From NCBI GenBank assembly GCA_050013255.1, contig JBEKFP010000002.1, positions 224,001 through 288,000 of the forward strand: DNA of 64,000 bases. Direction: 5' to 3'. The notes under the pieces are model-generated. The model saw only the letters and a list, made by a program, of their open reading frames with translations. It was not told the origin of the DNA and searched no databases. Shown in pieces: positions 51,749 through 61,288 of this stretch; positions within the stretch are counted from its first letter, which is position 1; each line of letters opens with the position of its first letter. Made by a program: the position numbers and the translations under genes. This DNA comes from Candidatus Bathyarchaeia archaeon. GTDB lineage: Archaea; Thermoproteota; Bathyarchaeia; 40CM-2-53-6.

Positions 51749-52042
51749 TTGTCGAACGCGGTGCGGCGTGTAATCTGGTGGGTCTTCGCCGGGAATAGGG
51801 GCGCCCCAAACCGCGCCCGTCTAGTCGTCTGCCTAAAGGAGAAGCCTATGAATGCGAACCAGCTGGCACAAAAGCTAGGGATGGATTACAAAACAATCCG
51901 CCACCACTTAGGAGCCTTAGCTAAGAATCGGCTTGTAATAGAAGCGGGGGAGGGCTACGGGGCTATGTATTTCATCTCACCCGAACTCGAACAGAACTAC
52001 GATGAGTTCCTTGGGATTTTGGAGAAAATCAGGCAACAATAA
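51749..52042 (+). CDS. ArsR-like winged-helix regulator
   Basis: W..AG.RG..NR..L...L...PMNANQLA..L..DYKTI.HHL..L...L. Confidence 0.85.
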   Translation: MSNAVRRVIWWVFAGNRGAPNRARLVVCLKEKPMNANQLAQKLGMDYKTIRHHLGALAKNRLVIEAGEGYGAMYFISPELEQNYDEFLGILEKIRQQ

Positions 52043-52082
52043 TTGGAAGCCATCGATTCCTTCAGGTAGGCTTTGATTCGGG

Positions 52083-52358
52083 ATGATGTCGGGTCTCAAA
52101 GAGTATAGGCAAGGAACGTTCCATAAACGAGTAGCGTATGGCCTTAGGGACCGGAAGCTCATGCTCGTCGCAAGGGGAATTCTGAAGGGTTTCAAGGTTC
52201 GGTGCAGAACTGAGAACGCGGCCAACAACCTGGCTTACTCACTACGAATTAGGGCGACGCGAATCGGAGAGGAAGATTACGCCAGGTTCGGCATGAAGGT
52301 CAGGGTGGAGGGCAGCAAAGTCTTCGTCCTCGGAACCCCCAAACACAGGACACGCTAA
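52083..52358 (+). CDS. Hypothetical basic protein
   Basis: 91-aa ORF co-oriented with neighbours. Confidence 0.45.
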   Translation: MMSGLKEYRQGTFHKRVAYGLRDRKLMLVARGILKGFKVRCRTENAANNLAYSLRIRATRIGEEDYARFGMKVRVEGSKVFVLGTPKHRTR

Positions 52359-52428
52359 CCCTCCATGAAGTTTCGGCAGACATGAAAACTGTTAAATGCT
52401 TTCCGCGAGTTGCTTACTTTGACCCACA

Positions 52429-52728
52429 ATGAAGTTCATGATAGAATTCAATCCGCCTGTTGATTTCAAGAACGAATTCGAGAACCGTCCCGATATGCAG
52501 AAGAAGGTTGGAGCAGCAATGCAAGCCATCAAACCTGTCGCGGGCTGGTTCACATACCGCTACGGCTTCATAATAGTCGAAGCCAACACCACAGAGGAGC
52601 TTACCCGAAAAGTTGCGCCAATTCTCCATCTCTTCAAGGTAGACGCCAAGGTCTCACCCGCGATCCCACTAGAGGAGTTTCCAAAGCTCGTTGCAACCCT
52701 TGGGGAAGAAGCAAAGAAGTACGAGTAA
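52429..52728 (+). CDS. Small ferredoxin-like-fold hypothetical protein (DUF3303/GYD-like)
   Basis: MKFMIE start, GFIIVEA...EEL, V.PA. Confidence 0.6.
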   Translation: MKFMIEFNPPVDFKNEFENRPDMQKKVGAAMQAIKPVAGWFTYRYGFIIVEANTTEELTRKVAPILHLFKVDAKVSPAIPLEEFPKLVATLGEEAKKYE

Positions 52729-52856
52729 CCCCTCGAACCGTCTGCTGGTCTCTTCGGGACAGCGTGAGCCGACCGCTGGCGTAGAGACGGCTGGCCATTG
52801 AACTTGACCGAAATTCATAAACCACTAACCACACCTCATGTTAGTTGGCGTGATTC

Positions 52857-53048
52857 TTGCCTGGCAATCTATGGTTGAGCGATTACGAGGCACGAGAGGA
52901 CACGTGCCCCTTCCTTCAGAAGGTTTGCTTAGAGTGCGAATTCGCCGAACGCCTCGCACTCACCGGCGTGCCCGTCGACTGCAAACGAGGCCACATTGAG
53001 AAAGTCAAATCGCTCTGGTACTATATGTTCAAGGGATACAAGCGATAA
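52857..53048 (+). CDS. Small Cys-rich protein
   Basis: CP.....C.EC.F...C..GH. Confidence 0.45.
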   Translation: MPGNLWLSDYEAREDTCPFLQKVCLECEFAERLALTGVPVDCKRGHIEKVKSLWYYMFKGYKR

Positions 53049-53375
53049 AAGCGACCGTCTTCGACATAGGAACGTAGGGCAACGGTACCTCTACGGTTGA
53101 AAGGCAACAAGCTTGCTTTCGGAACTTTTCGGTAGACGGTTGGTAAGGGTCTATCAAACCGAGGGTAGAGAGTAGTTTCGCTTCTGGGGACTAATCGGTC
53201 AAGAGTTGGGATGCCAGGGATTGAACCCATTCGGTAAGTTTGAAGCCTGCTATGGTCTGCGTATTAGTTTTTCGAAAGTTATCACTCAATCCCTGTGCGA
53301 ATCTTAGCTTAGGGTAGCGTTACCGAACGGAGAAAGGCATTTAAACACTAATTGGGTTTCTTTGGCTGAACCAAA

Positions 53376-53570
53376 ATGAGCAGTAAAGTGAAATCGTATC
53401 TTGCAATCCTGATGGGCATAGTAATCATCGTAATGGACATATTCTGGCTAGTCTACCCGGTCAGCGGCTTTTACAGCTACCAAGCATTGCCTTGGCTGGC
53501 CGCAGGCATCGTAATCCTAATCGCCAGCATAGTCTGGATAGTCCTCGACTTCAGCCTCATGGAAAAGTAG
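53376..53570 (+). CDS. Small two-TM protein
   Basis: Two hydrophobic helices; TTTAAA box upstream. Confidence 0.6.
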   Translation: MSSKVKSYLAILMGIVIIVMDIFWLVYPVSGFYSYQALPWLAAGIVILIASIVWIVLDFSLMEK

Positions 53571-53616
53571 CCGCCCGTCATCCTAGAAGGAAGCGCTGCC
53601 CCGAGCGGGCATCAAC

Positions 53617-55638
53617 TCAATCCACTGACGACTCGATTAGGTGCGCTTGGAAATCGCTCATCTGCCCCAAGAGCTGAAAACTCACCGGTCTGCCTTGCTC
53701 ATCCATTACCAGTGCCGCCTCGTAGGAACCGTTTCTTCTGTTGTCTTTTATCGTGTACACGCGTAAGACTTTGCTATTACCTTCTTTATTCTCGATGTCG
53801 TCCTTCCTTTCAGCACTCACCTTGGCTTCGATGATTTCGAACTCTGGGTCCACCTCGAATCTTATCATGTGAAATTCGGTCTTTTGTCTGACCTCAAGCG
53901 AGCTAATCCTATTGTTGATGGCAACATACGTTGAGACTAGAGGGCACCCAAGGGCGGTATCCTCTGCGACATTCTTTTCCAAATGAATCTCTGACTGTCC
54001 CGGCATTTTCACTGTTATCTCAATGGTTCGCATGTCTCTTCGTAGCATTTCCGCCCTTCCCTTCCCTTCTAACCGATCGCTTTGGAATATGAGTGATTCA
54101 CGCCCAGGTTGATCACCTAACTCTAATCGCATTGAGAAAAGGTCGAGACGTGGTGGGGCGTTTGTCATACTTCGCGAAAAAATCACCAGTCGACCATTCG
54201 CCTTCTTCTCGAAAATTAACCGTTCTTCTCCGATGATTGTGTTTGAGAGCCTCGTTTGATATCGTCCGGCAATGATACGCCGTCCTTCGCTCAGCAGAGG
54301 AGGCATACTCCCAAGCTTCTTCTCTGTCATTGGATAGGTCGTCACGAGTTCATCCAGCATGTTTTGGAGTTGCACTTGACTGGACCATCGACCTCGCACC
54401 ATGATTCCTAAGCGACGCGAGATGTTAGAGACGTCTTCCAAAGGGTTGCCTTCCAATAGAATTAAATCAGCTCTCTTGCCGACTTCTATCGTTCCGAATT
54501 CCTGTGTCGCGTTCAGGAACTGAGCAGCGTCGGCAGTGCCAGCCTTTATTGCTTCATAAGGTGTGAGTCCAGCCTGAACGAGGTTTCGGAGCTCGTTATG
54601 GATTGAAAATCCTTGAACCACGAACGGGTTCGGTGTATCCGTGCCTAGCAGAATATGAGCTCCTGCGTCATGCAGTGCCTTCGTAAGTTTCTGTCTTAGC
54701 CTGTCTCCTTTTCTTACTCTCTCAAAGTCTGACGCTGTCATTGTCTTCAGGCGGAAGTCTTTAGAAGGGTCCCAACTTGCAAGGTCCAGGGGTGAAGCGT
54801 ATTTCATCTCCGGTCGTTGAAGTACCTGACGAGCTTCCTGAATTGGGATGAAATTTTGGTACACTACTAGAGTCACGCAGTTCCAGGTTCCCGCTCGAAT
54901 CGTGTCCGTTACAACCTGTGAAATCTTGTCTTCGTCTATGTAATCAAGCGCTGCATATCGAGACTCGGGATCCAGTTTACTCTTGAATGGCGAGTCATCT
55001 GCTTCGGTGGCATCAAAATATCCTGTGAGGTGCTCGATTGAATTTTGCCCTGCTTTAAGGGCGTGATCTAATCCAACTTTTGTCGGTATGTGGCCAGCTA
55101 CGGGCATTCCATACTTCTTCGCAGCAGCTATGATTGCATCGTAAACCTCTACGGATAAACCGTTGTACACTTTGATGAAATCGTATCCAGCATTCTTCTC
55201 CCGCGCAACCTCTTCTTCAGCTTCCTTAGCGGTCTCGATTACTTTTGAATCGTTCCAGATAGGTGGTTTCCCATCGAGCAACGGTCCTGCCGTGTATATC
55301 GTTGGCCCTAGTAGTTGCCCTTGCGCGATCATGTCGCGCCAGACCAGCTGACGACTGGTCCCCCACATGTTCCGTATTGTCGTGACGCCGTTGGCGAGGA
55401 AGAGGAGTAGAGCACCTTCACTCCATTGATGGACATGCATATCCGCAAGTCCGGGCAGAAGGTATCGGTTCCTACCATCTATTCGATGCGCGCCATCGGG
55501 AATCCTGGTGCCCTCAGTTTCGCCAATACATGCGATACGCCCATCTGAAACTGTAACTGTTTGGTTCTTCAACACTCCATTCCGATTCATTGGGACTAAG
55601 TTTACGCCAACAAATGCGGTTCTTCTGACCTCAGGCAT
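53617..55638 (-). CDS. Amidohydrolase family protein with C-terminal extension
   Basis: PGL.DMHVH, GVTT.R, IK, GH, IEH, GTD, G.I..GKRADL motifs. Confidence 0.88.
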   Translation of the reverse strand: MPEVRRTAFVGVNLVPMNRNGVLKNQTVTVSDGRIACIGETEGTRIPDGAHRIDGRNRYLLPGLADMHVHQWSEGALLLFLANGVTTIRNMWGTSRQLVWRDMIAQGQLLGPTIYTAGPLLDGKPPIWNDSKVIETAKEAEEEVAREKNAGYDFIKVYNGLSVEVYDAIIAAAKKYGMPVAGHIPTKVGLDHALKAGQNSIEHLTGYFDATEADDSPFKSKLDPESRYAALDYIDEDKISQVVTDTIRAGTWNCVTLVVYQNFIPIQEARQVLQRPEMKYASPLDLASWDPSKDFRLKTMTASDFERVRKGDRLRQKLTKALHDAGAHILLGTDTPNPFVVQGFSIHNELRNLVQAGLTPYEAIKAGTADAAQFLNATQEFGTIEVGKRADLILLEGNPLEDVSNISRRLGIMVRGRWSSQVQLQNMLDELVTTYPMTEKKLGSMPPLLSEGRRIIAGRYQTRLSNTIIGEERLIFEKKANGRLVIFSRSMTNAPPRLDLFSMRLELGDQPGRESLIFQSDRLEGKGRAEMLRRDMRTIEITVKMPGQSEIHLEKNVAEDTALGCPLVSTYVAINNRISSLEVRQKTEFHMIRFEVDPEFEIIEAKVSAERKDDIENKEGNSKVLRVYTIKDNRRNGSYEAALVMDEQGRPVSFQLLGQMSDFQAHLIESSVD

Positions 55639-55777
55639 CCGACATCATTCTAGAAGGAATGTTTTGCGTCCATTCTTAACGAATCTCCTAACGAACATAG
55701 TTGGATTAAGGTGCGCGGTTACCAACTAGAAGAAACGTTTACGCTGGATGGTTGGTGAGAGGCGAGCGAAGCGAGGA

Positions 55778-55860
55778 GGTTGGTATGCTGGTGCGGGCAG
55801 GCAAATTTGAACCGTCGTCGTTCGTAAAAGTGTGTGTGCGCACCAAAGGTAGCACACACA
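55778..55860. repeat. Site doublet S1(-)/S2(+)
   Basis: TGG-TATGC-TGGTGCG-N9-ATTTGAACC then GTGTGTGTG-CGCACCA-AAGGTA-GCACACACA. Confidence 0.85.
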
Positions 55861-55918
55861 TCGTTAACAGCGTAGTGGCATCTTCGTAGGAACGCGTCTT
55901 TGCTGTATGGTTGAACTC

Positions 55919-56053
55919 CTATTGTCCCAATCGACTAACTATGATCCTCATATCTTTACAGATCTCACAGTACTTGGTTGGACCATAGTAGGAAGTGGAG
56001 ATGGTAGCGAGATGACCGCAATCTAACGTCACAAGGCATTTCGCTCTACTCAG
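55919..56053 (-). CDS. 44-aa zinc-ribbon microprotein (CTG start; not in ORF track)
   Basis: SRAKCLVTLDCGH...YCEICKD; GGAGGGTGA RBS upstream. Confidence 0.5.
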   Translation of the reverse strand: MSRAKCLVTLDCGHLATISTSYYGPTKYCEICKDMRIIVSRLGQ

Positions 56054-56134
56054 TTAGTCACCCTCCTTGACAGGATCACGTGTAGGTCCGTGACTCTTTT
56101 TTTGCTCCTCCTACAGATGCTGATTATGATTATC

Positions 56135-56479
56135 TTAACGCCAGTGAGGGTAAGTTACGTAGAATCCTCGTCCACTGGTCGGTGTGGACCATTCTACTTT
56201 GAGGCCTTTCTTCTGCGGAATGTAAACCACATCTCCCGCTTGAACTTCAGTAGTCTTTCCTCCTTCTTTTAGGATAAATGAACCTTCAGTGCAGTAGATG
56301 ACGGCACAATCGTTGTCGTAATCGAACTCAGTGGGTTCTGATTTCTTGATTTCAATTACCCCAGCAGTAAACGGCGCATTCTGCTTTCTGTCAACAACAT
56401 CGACGAGCTTCAGGTCCGTCGCGCCAGCCTCAAATTTCTCAGGCACTATCAAGGATTTCTTGACTTGAACGATTGACAT
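56135..56479 (-). CDS. EutQ-like cupin protein (start ATG 56479)
   Basis: AG..EI, ..Y..EG...L.......AGDV.YIP, F.YVTYP.W. Confidence 0.75.
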   Translation of the reverse strand: MSIVQVKKSLIVPEKFEAGATDLKLVDVVDRKQNAPFTAGVIEIKKSEPTEFDYDNDCAVIYCTEGSFILKEGGKTTEVQAGDVVYIPQKKGLKVEWSTPTSGRGFYVTYPHWR

Positions 56480-56579
56480 GGTAACCGCGAGTGAGGCCGC
56501 CTGCAGATTACTTAAAGCTTTACAACTCGTGGCCTGCCCTTCGACGACCTTTTCTGATTTTAAGAAGCCAAACTGGTAG

Positions 56580-56617
56580 TTTCGTGTGTGTGTGCGCGCA
56601 CCATTAGAACCACACAC
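56580..56617 (+). repeat. Site S3
   Basis: TTTCGTGTGTGTGTGCG-CGCACCA-TTAGAA-CCACACAC. Confidence 0.85.
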
Positions 56618-56748
56618 TAGGAAAGACGCTTGATCATCGAACGGGCTTTCACATTAGTTCAAGCCCTAAAGGGGTCCTCAAAAAAGAGGATAGGTTTGTG
56701 AAGATCAGGGGTGGTTGCGCTGGTGTTATTCATGTTAGACGTTTCTGC

Positions 56749-56847
56749 TTAGCTGCATTGTTTGTGGTAGCTCTTCTTCATCAGGAAGCCTTTCTTAACC
56801 TCTTGCCCTGAAGGAATCTCCTTCCCACATTTGGCACAGTTTACCAT
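56749..56847 (-). CDS. 32-aa half-LIM-like zinc-finger microprotein (not in ORF track)
   Basis: MVNCAKCGKEIPSGQEVKKGFLMKKSYHKQCS. Confidence 0.55.
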   Translation of the reverse strand: MVNCAKCGKEIPSGQEVKKGFLMKKSYHKQCS

Positions 56848-56964
56848 TACAATACCTCGGGGGTGCCGGTGCTGTCACACTGTATTAAATCGTTCCGGTA
56901 AGCTTGTCCTATCGAGAGTGAACCCCGACCACAAGTATCCGGACGATTCCAAATTTGTAATTCA

Positions 56965-57861
56965 TTATGAATTCGGTGTAGGTTTTCCGCTCCTTTTCTT
57001 GTGACGATACCAGTCGAGGTCTCTTTCATAAGTTGCGTTTGGAAGCATCCTCTTCCATAGATCAGAAATCTTAGCGTCCACTTGGCGGTAGTACTCGTCC
57101 CCTACCCAAAGAAGCTCACGTATTCCTTCCACATCGCAGTGAGGATTCCACGCCTTGTATGCCTTTAGTGTTTGATTGATTATCATGCCGCGTGCATTGT
57201 ATCGGTCCGTCATCAATTTCCTCACGCCTGCCTTTACCAGTCGACTAAGCCCCTCCTCAAGTTCAACCTCAGTCACATATGGTAGCATTGGTGCAATGAA
57301 GACCCATGTCTCCAACCCTGCCTCGTTGAGTTGCCTAACCGCCTCTATTCGCTCCTTGACCGGGGAAGCGTGTGGTTCGAAGATCCGTTGTGCTTCTTGA
57401 TTGAAGGTGGTTATCGTGAAACCTACGTCAACTCTGCTCTTCATGCGTGTGAGCAGGTCGATGTCACGTAGAACAAGAGTGTTTTTGGTTAGAATTGAGA
57501 TGGAGAACTGCGGGTAGTTGGATATGAGTTGGATTGCGCCTCGGGTCAGTTTGTATTTTGCTTCCACTTGCTGATAGGGGTCGCATACGCTGCTTATCCA
57601 AATGCTGCCACTTGGACGTCTTGGGAGTTCTTTAGCTAACACGTCAAGCAGGTTTACCTTCACGTCTACGAAGCTGCCCCAGGGGTCTTGCAGGTGACCG
57701 GAAAAGCGGCGCATGAAGTTGGCGTAGCAATAGACGCAGCCATGCAGGCAACCTGTGTACGGGTTGACCGTGTAATCGTAGCTTAGCCCGCTCTTTGAGA
57801 GAGCCGTCTTGCAGTGTTTCTCCGTGATCTTCGGTCCCGCAGGTTTCACTATTCTCTTCAT
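56965..57861 (-). CDS. Radical SAM protein, spore photoproduct lyase-like family
   Basis: NPY.GCLHGCVYCYA, V.VK.N, SS.CDPYQ..E, ILTK. Confidence 0.85.
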   Translation of the reverse strand: MKRIVKPAGPKITEKHCKTALSKSGLSYDYTVNPYTGCLHGCVYCYANFMRRFSGHLQDPWGSFVDVKVNLLDVLAKELPRRPSGSIWISSVCDPYQQVEAKYKLTRGAIQLISNYPQFSISILTKNTLVLRDIDLLTRMKSRVDVGFTITTFNQEAQRIFEPHASPVKERIEAVRQLNEAGLETWVFIAPMLPYVTEVELEEGLSRLVKAGVRKLMTDRYNARGMIINQTLKAYKAWNPHCDVEGIRELLWVGDEYYRQVDAKISDLWKRMLPNATYERDLDWYRHKKRSGKPTPNS

Positions 57862-58018
57862 CGGGTTCCATCTTTGCAACCGGGCGCTTTTCAACTAGTT
57901 CTTTCTCCCTATCTTCTCTCTTTTTTTGGTGCAAAACTTGCTGAGCAGTAATCTGAACCGTACTGACTTGGTTCTGTGAACTCGCACCCAATGGCGTTTT
58001 GGATGAACCCAGTAGCGT

Positions 58019-58087
58019 TGTGTGGTACTCATCGTGCGAGCGACTGAATTTGAACTCATGTTTTTTTTGCTACGCGCACCATACGTA
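58019..58087. repeat. Site doublet S4(-)/S5(+, degenerate)
   Basis: TGTGTGG-TACTCA-TCGTGCG-N9-ATTTGAACT then T8..CG-CGCACCA-TACGTA. Confidence 0.75.
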
Positions 58088-58124
58088 AGTCCAGACCAAT
58101 AATGATGGAGGGCATTAAGTTCAA

Positions 58125-58475
58125 TCAGACTTGAACTTCAATTACCAAGTTCGGAAGTTTTGTCTGCTTGATGAGAGCTAACCTACGTTCGATGGTCTTG
58201 ATCCTATGAAACATGGAGACCATCGTACGTTGAAAATTCTCGTATTCCGGTGTGCCTTCTTTCTTTTGCTCGCTGAACTCGTGGTCTGCAATTATCTCTC
58301 CAATTAGGAACTTGAATTGCTCGGTGGTTCCATCAAATTGGACATCCACGGTCACCGTGAAACTATGCTTCCAATTTCCATTGGCCGCTGAAATGTTGAC
58401 ATTGTTAAAGACTCGAACTTTCGAGGCACGTTGGTCCAAGATGAGTTTGAATAGATCTTCTAGACTTTGAGACAA
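58125..58475 (-). CDS. Hypothetical protein
   Basis: 116-aa ORF, no motif recognised. Confidence 0.55.
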   Translation of the reverse strand: MSQSLEDLFKLILDQRASKVRVFNNVNISAANGNWKHSFTVTVDVQFDGTTEQFKFLIGEIIADHEFSEQKKEGTPEYENFQRTMVSMFHRIKTIERRLALIKQTKLPNLVIEVQV

Positions 58476-58808
58476 CGTCCCGTCTATCCGAGAGGTTCGT
58501 TCAAGAACGTGTATCAGCTAACCCGTAAATCAACATCACGGTCAGCCTTTATGGTATGAAATTTGGAAATGCGGCAAGACTGAACTATGCTCAACTAGGA
58601 CACGGAATATCGAACCACGAAAACAGCCGCTAATCATGGTTTGAAGGATTCAGCGAAGAACTGGCGGATGACAAAACGTATGGAGTTTATTGTCTGCTGA
58701 GGGACCTACAGAAAAGCAATAGCTCGCAGCATGCGCGCCAATCATCAAGAAAATAGCTGCAGGCTATGCTTAAAGTAAGACTGAGAAGATAATGCCTGTC
58801 GATTTCAA

Positions 58809-59030
58809 TTGGAAGGTCAGAACACCGCTGTAGTGACCAACGTCATTCCGGTGGGCATACATCAGGACCAATTCTACGACATCCAATTCTACTACGAGAC
58901 GGACCCGAAGAAAACGCCGCAATCTTGTAGGCTTGGGCCAGAAGCCGTCCCATCGGGTATCCATCAGGGCATGCGAGTTCGCGTTAAGGCGATGCTAAGC
59001 ACAGTTCTTGGTCTTGAATTAATCACCTGA
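58809..59030 (+). CDS. Hypothetical small protein
   Basis: 73-aa ORF, beta-rich pattern. Confidence 0.45.
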   Translation: MEGQNTAVVTNVIPVGIHQDQFYDIQFYYETDPKKTPQSCRLGPEAVPSGIHQGMRVRVKAMLSTVLGLELIT

Positions 59031-59126
59031 TGCCACTTCCCTTCGGCGGGCAAGTTGAAAAAACAGGCATACCTAAGGGTGTTGTTATGGTAGGCACAAG
59101 AGACGCCAATGTCTCCAAGCGGTTGG

Positions 59127-59159
59127 TTTTCGTGTGTGCGCACCACCTGACCCACACAC
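59127..59159 (+). repeat. Site S6
   Basis: TTTTCGTGTGTG-CGCACCA-CCTGAC-CCACACAC. Confidence 0.85.
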
Positions 59160-59220
59160 CACAGGACTGAGCGCCGGATTTTATCATGAGTTCAATCATG
59201 ATGGGTATTTGTGAATTGAC

Positions 59221-60126
59221 ATGCTTGACACTTTGAGGGGATTCTCAGGGTTCATTTCAATCGAAAGAGGATTCATGCTTTGTGCGATATCTATCGCAGC
59301 AACATTTCTATTAGCAGGGAAATTTGCCTGGCAAGAAGCAACTTACGTCGGTCTTCTAGTCTTTTGCGGGTGGAGCGCCGTAGATGCCATAAATAACGTA
59401 TGCGATGCTGACTTGGATACGAAATCCGACGCCTTTAGATCTCAGTACACAAAGAGCCTTGGAAGATCGGGATTAATGCTATGCCTCATCTTTTTTGCGC
59501 TTACCCTCGGTCTAGGTATAGCGACCCTTAGCCCCTTAGTTGTTACATTCATTTTGCTCGCTGGTGTCGCCGGGCTATTGTATTCTGTTCCTCCATTTAG
59601 GTTGAGGCAAACCATATACAAACCTGTAGTAAACTTCTTTGTCGGAGCCTTCCCAATTCTTATCGCGGCCGCCTTTGCCAGTCACTTTTCTGCAAATGCC
59701 TGGACCCTCGTGTTTCTCTTCGGGCTCGCGACCGCGGGCTATAGTTTATGGGGGGACTTAGCGGACTACGCTTCAGATCTAGATAGTGGGGGAAGAACTA
59801 TTCCGATTGTACTAGGCCTCAAGCGAGGGCTCTGTACTACCATCGTAAGTGGCTACTCTCTCTTTCCGCTCATGGCCCTCGTGGGAGTGATGTTTCAATT
59901 GAACATTCTCTACTACCTCGTACTATTTTCCCTAGCAGCCTACCTCTCCATTCGTGTAATTCTAAAGCGCTCACTGCTACTCTCTAGTCCCACAAATGAT
60001 GATGCAATAGAGCTCTTGGGCCAAACTTTGGCAAAAGTTTTCGTTATTATAGCAATAGTACAGACGACGAATCTCATGTTAAGTGCATTTCTGAAGTTAC
60101 AAGGATTTTCCTTCTGGGTGGTCTAA
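59221..60126 (+). CDS. UbiA family prenyltransferase
   Basis: N..CD.DLD, YS.PPFRL, DL.DY.SD..SG.RT.P..LG Asp-rich motifs; many TMs. Confidence 0.82.
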   Translation: MLDTLRGFSGFISIERGFMLCAISIAATFLLAGKFAWQEATYVGLLVFCGWSAVDAINNVCDADLDTKSDAFRSQYTKSLGRSGLMLCLIFFALTLGLGIATLSPLVVTFILLAGVAGLLYSVPPFRLRQTIYKPVVNFFVGAFPILIAAAFASHFSANAWTLVFLFGLATAGYSLWGDLADYASDLDSGGRTIPIVLGLKRGLCTTIVSGYSLFPLMALVGVMFQLNILYYLVLFSLAAYLSIRVILKRSLLLSSPTNDDAIELLGQTLAKVFVIIAIVQTTNLMLSAFLKLQGFSFWVV

Positions 60127-60180
60127 GAAAAGAGTCAGCCAATGCAGTATACAGATGCAGTTTCTCTAACAGGCCTGTTC

Positions 60181-60268
60181 TTCGTGTGCGCGGGTCTAAT
60201 GGTGCGCACACACACACGAAAAACGACGGTTCAAATTACGATGCTCGCACCATTAGTGCCACACACAC
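60181..60268. repeat. Site doublet S7(-)/S8(+)
   Basis: TTCGTGTGCGCGG-GTCTAA-TGGTGCG-CACACACACACGAAAA then GGTTCAAAT-N9-CGCACCA-TTAGTG-CCACACACAC. Confidence 0.9.
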
Positions 60269-60358
60269 AGAAGCCAGCGAGATACCTATCATTAGATTCG
60301 AGAATCGTATCCGTTCCCTAATAGCCCGAGTAATTATGAAGCAAGGCGTGGGATTTGT

Positions 60359-61183
60359 ATGCAGGGGAAAACAGGCGGCAATAAGTCGGCAAGAGTATTT
60401 GCGCTCTTCTTAGTCATCTGCGCCGTTCCAATCTTAACGAGGCTTGTCGAGAACATTCCAATTACCGCAACACAATTGGCCTATTCCCTCCTCAACGGGG
60501 CTATACTAACAGTTTTTCTCGCTTGGCTAGTGCCCAAGATGCGTCTCAGACGCTGGTCACTGACTCTACTGGTCTGGTTGGAGCTCCTGGTCGTTGAGTT
60601 CCTCAACAACTACGTTGAAGCGTATTTCTTCACGACTCGGTACAGCAACCCCGCAGTTCTTGTGCAATCAGTGGCCTCCGCTCTCATTTCCTCCGTGATC
60701 AGCGCGACGGCCGCGGCTCTCTTGCTCGGCTATGGAATTTCAGGAATCACCGTTTCGTTGAAAGAGTACCTGTCGAAAAGGACGAGTAGCTCGTGGATTC
60801 TCCGAATAGCAGTAGGTTCCGTTGCATATTATCCAATCTACTTCTTCTTCGGCCTCTTGATAAGCCCATTCGTTCTGCCCTACTACAACGATCCTTCGTT
60901 TGGACTTCGGATACCCTCTTTCGCGGTGATGATTCCGGTGGAGCTTTTCAGAGGCTTCGTCTACACCCTCGTCCTCCTGCCTCTGCTAGCGACTGTGGTT
61001 GGAGGGAGAACTGCGAAATTCATTGCACTCGCTGCGATGCTCTACATTCCTGGTGGACTCATCACGCTACTGGGAAACCCAGGAATCCCAGCCCCGATCA
61101 TCCCATTCCACGGGGTAGAGATACTGGCTGACTCAATTGTCTACGGATTAGTCCTGTCTCGTATCCTAAGTCAGCCAAAGTGA
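60359..61183 (+). CDS. Hypothetical multi-TM membrane protein
   Basis: About 8 hydrophobic segments; ELFRG, H..EI.AD. Confidence 0.7.
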   Translation: MQGKTGGNKSARVFALFLVICAVPILTRLVENIPITATQLAYSLLNGAILTVFLAWLVPKMRLRRWSLTLLVWLELLVVEFLNNYVEAYFFTTRYSNPAVLVQSVASALISSVISATAAALLLGYGISGITVSLKEYLSKRTSSSWILRIAVGSVAYYPIYFFFGLLISPFVLPYYNDPSFGLRIPSFAVMIPVELFRGFVYTLVLLPLLATVVGGRTAKFIALAAMLYIPGGLITLLGNPGIPAPIIPFHGVEILADSIVYGLVLSRILSQPK

Positions 61184-61227
61184 GCTCCTAGCCTCAAAGG
61201 TGGAAGGCTGATTTTCGTCGTGCTGTC

Positions 61228-61272
61228 TTCGTGTGTGTGGTATCAATGGTGCGCACACACACACACTGAAAA
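61228..61272 (-). repeat. Site S9
   Basis: TTCGTGTGTGTGG-TATCAA-TGGTGCG-CACACACACACACTGAAAA on + strand. Confidence 0.9.
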
Positions 61273-61288
61273 CGAGTTCGACCGGGCG

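Noticed and set aside
53206-53228. tRNA-like fragment (reverse complement GGGTTCAATCCCTGGCATCCCAA)
   Set aside because: T stem does not pair well, no CCA end and no matching tRNA in the window; could be an old att scar but unsupported.
56480-56617. N-terminal extension of the cupin ORF and ORFs 60186-60413, 63143-63325, 63250-63501
   Set aside because: Their shared THT/GSNGA peptides are translations of the repeat sites.
57970-57995. GTTC...CTCGCACCCA, possible twelfth site
   Set aside because: Core mismatched, spacing off and no arm; too degenerate to count.
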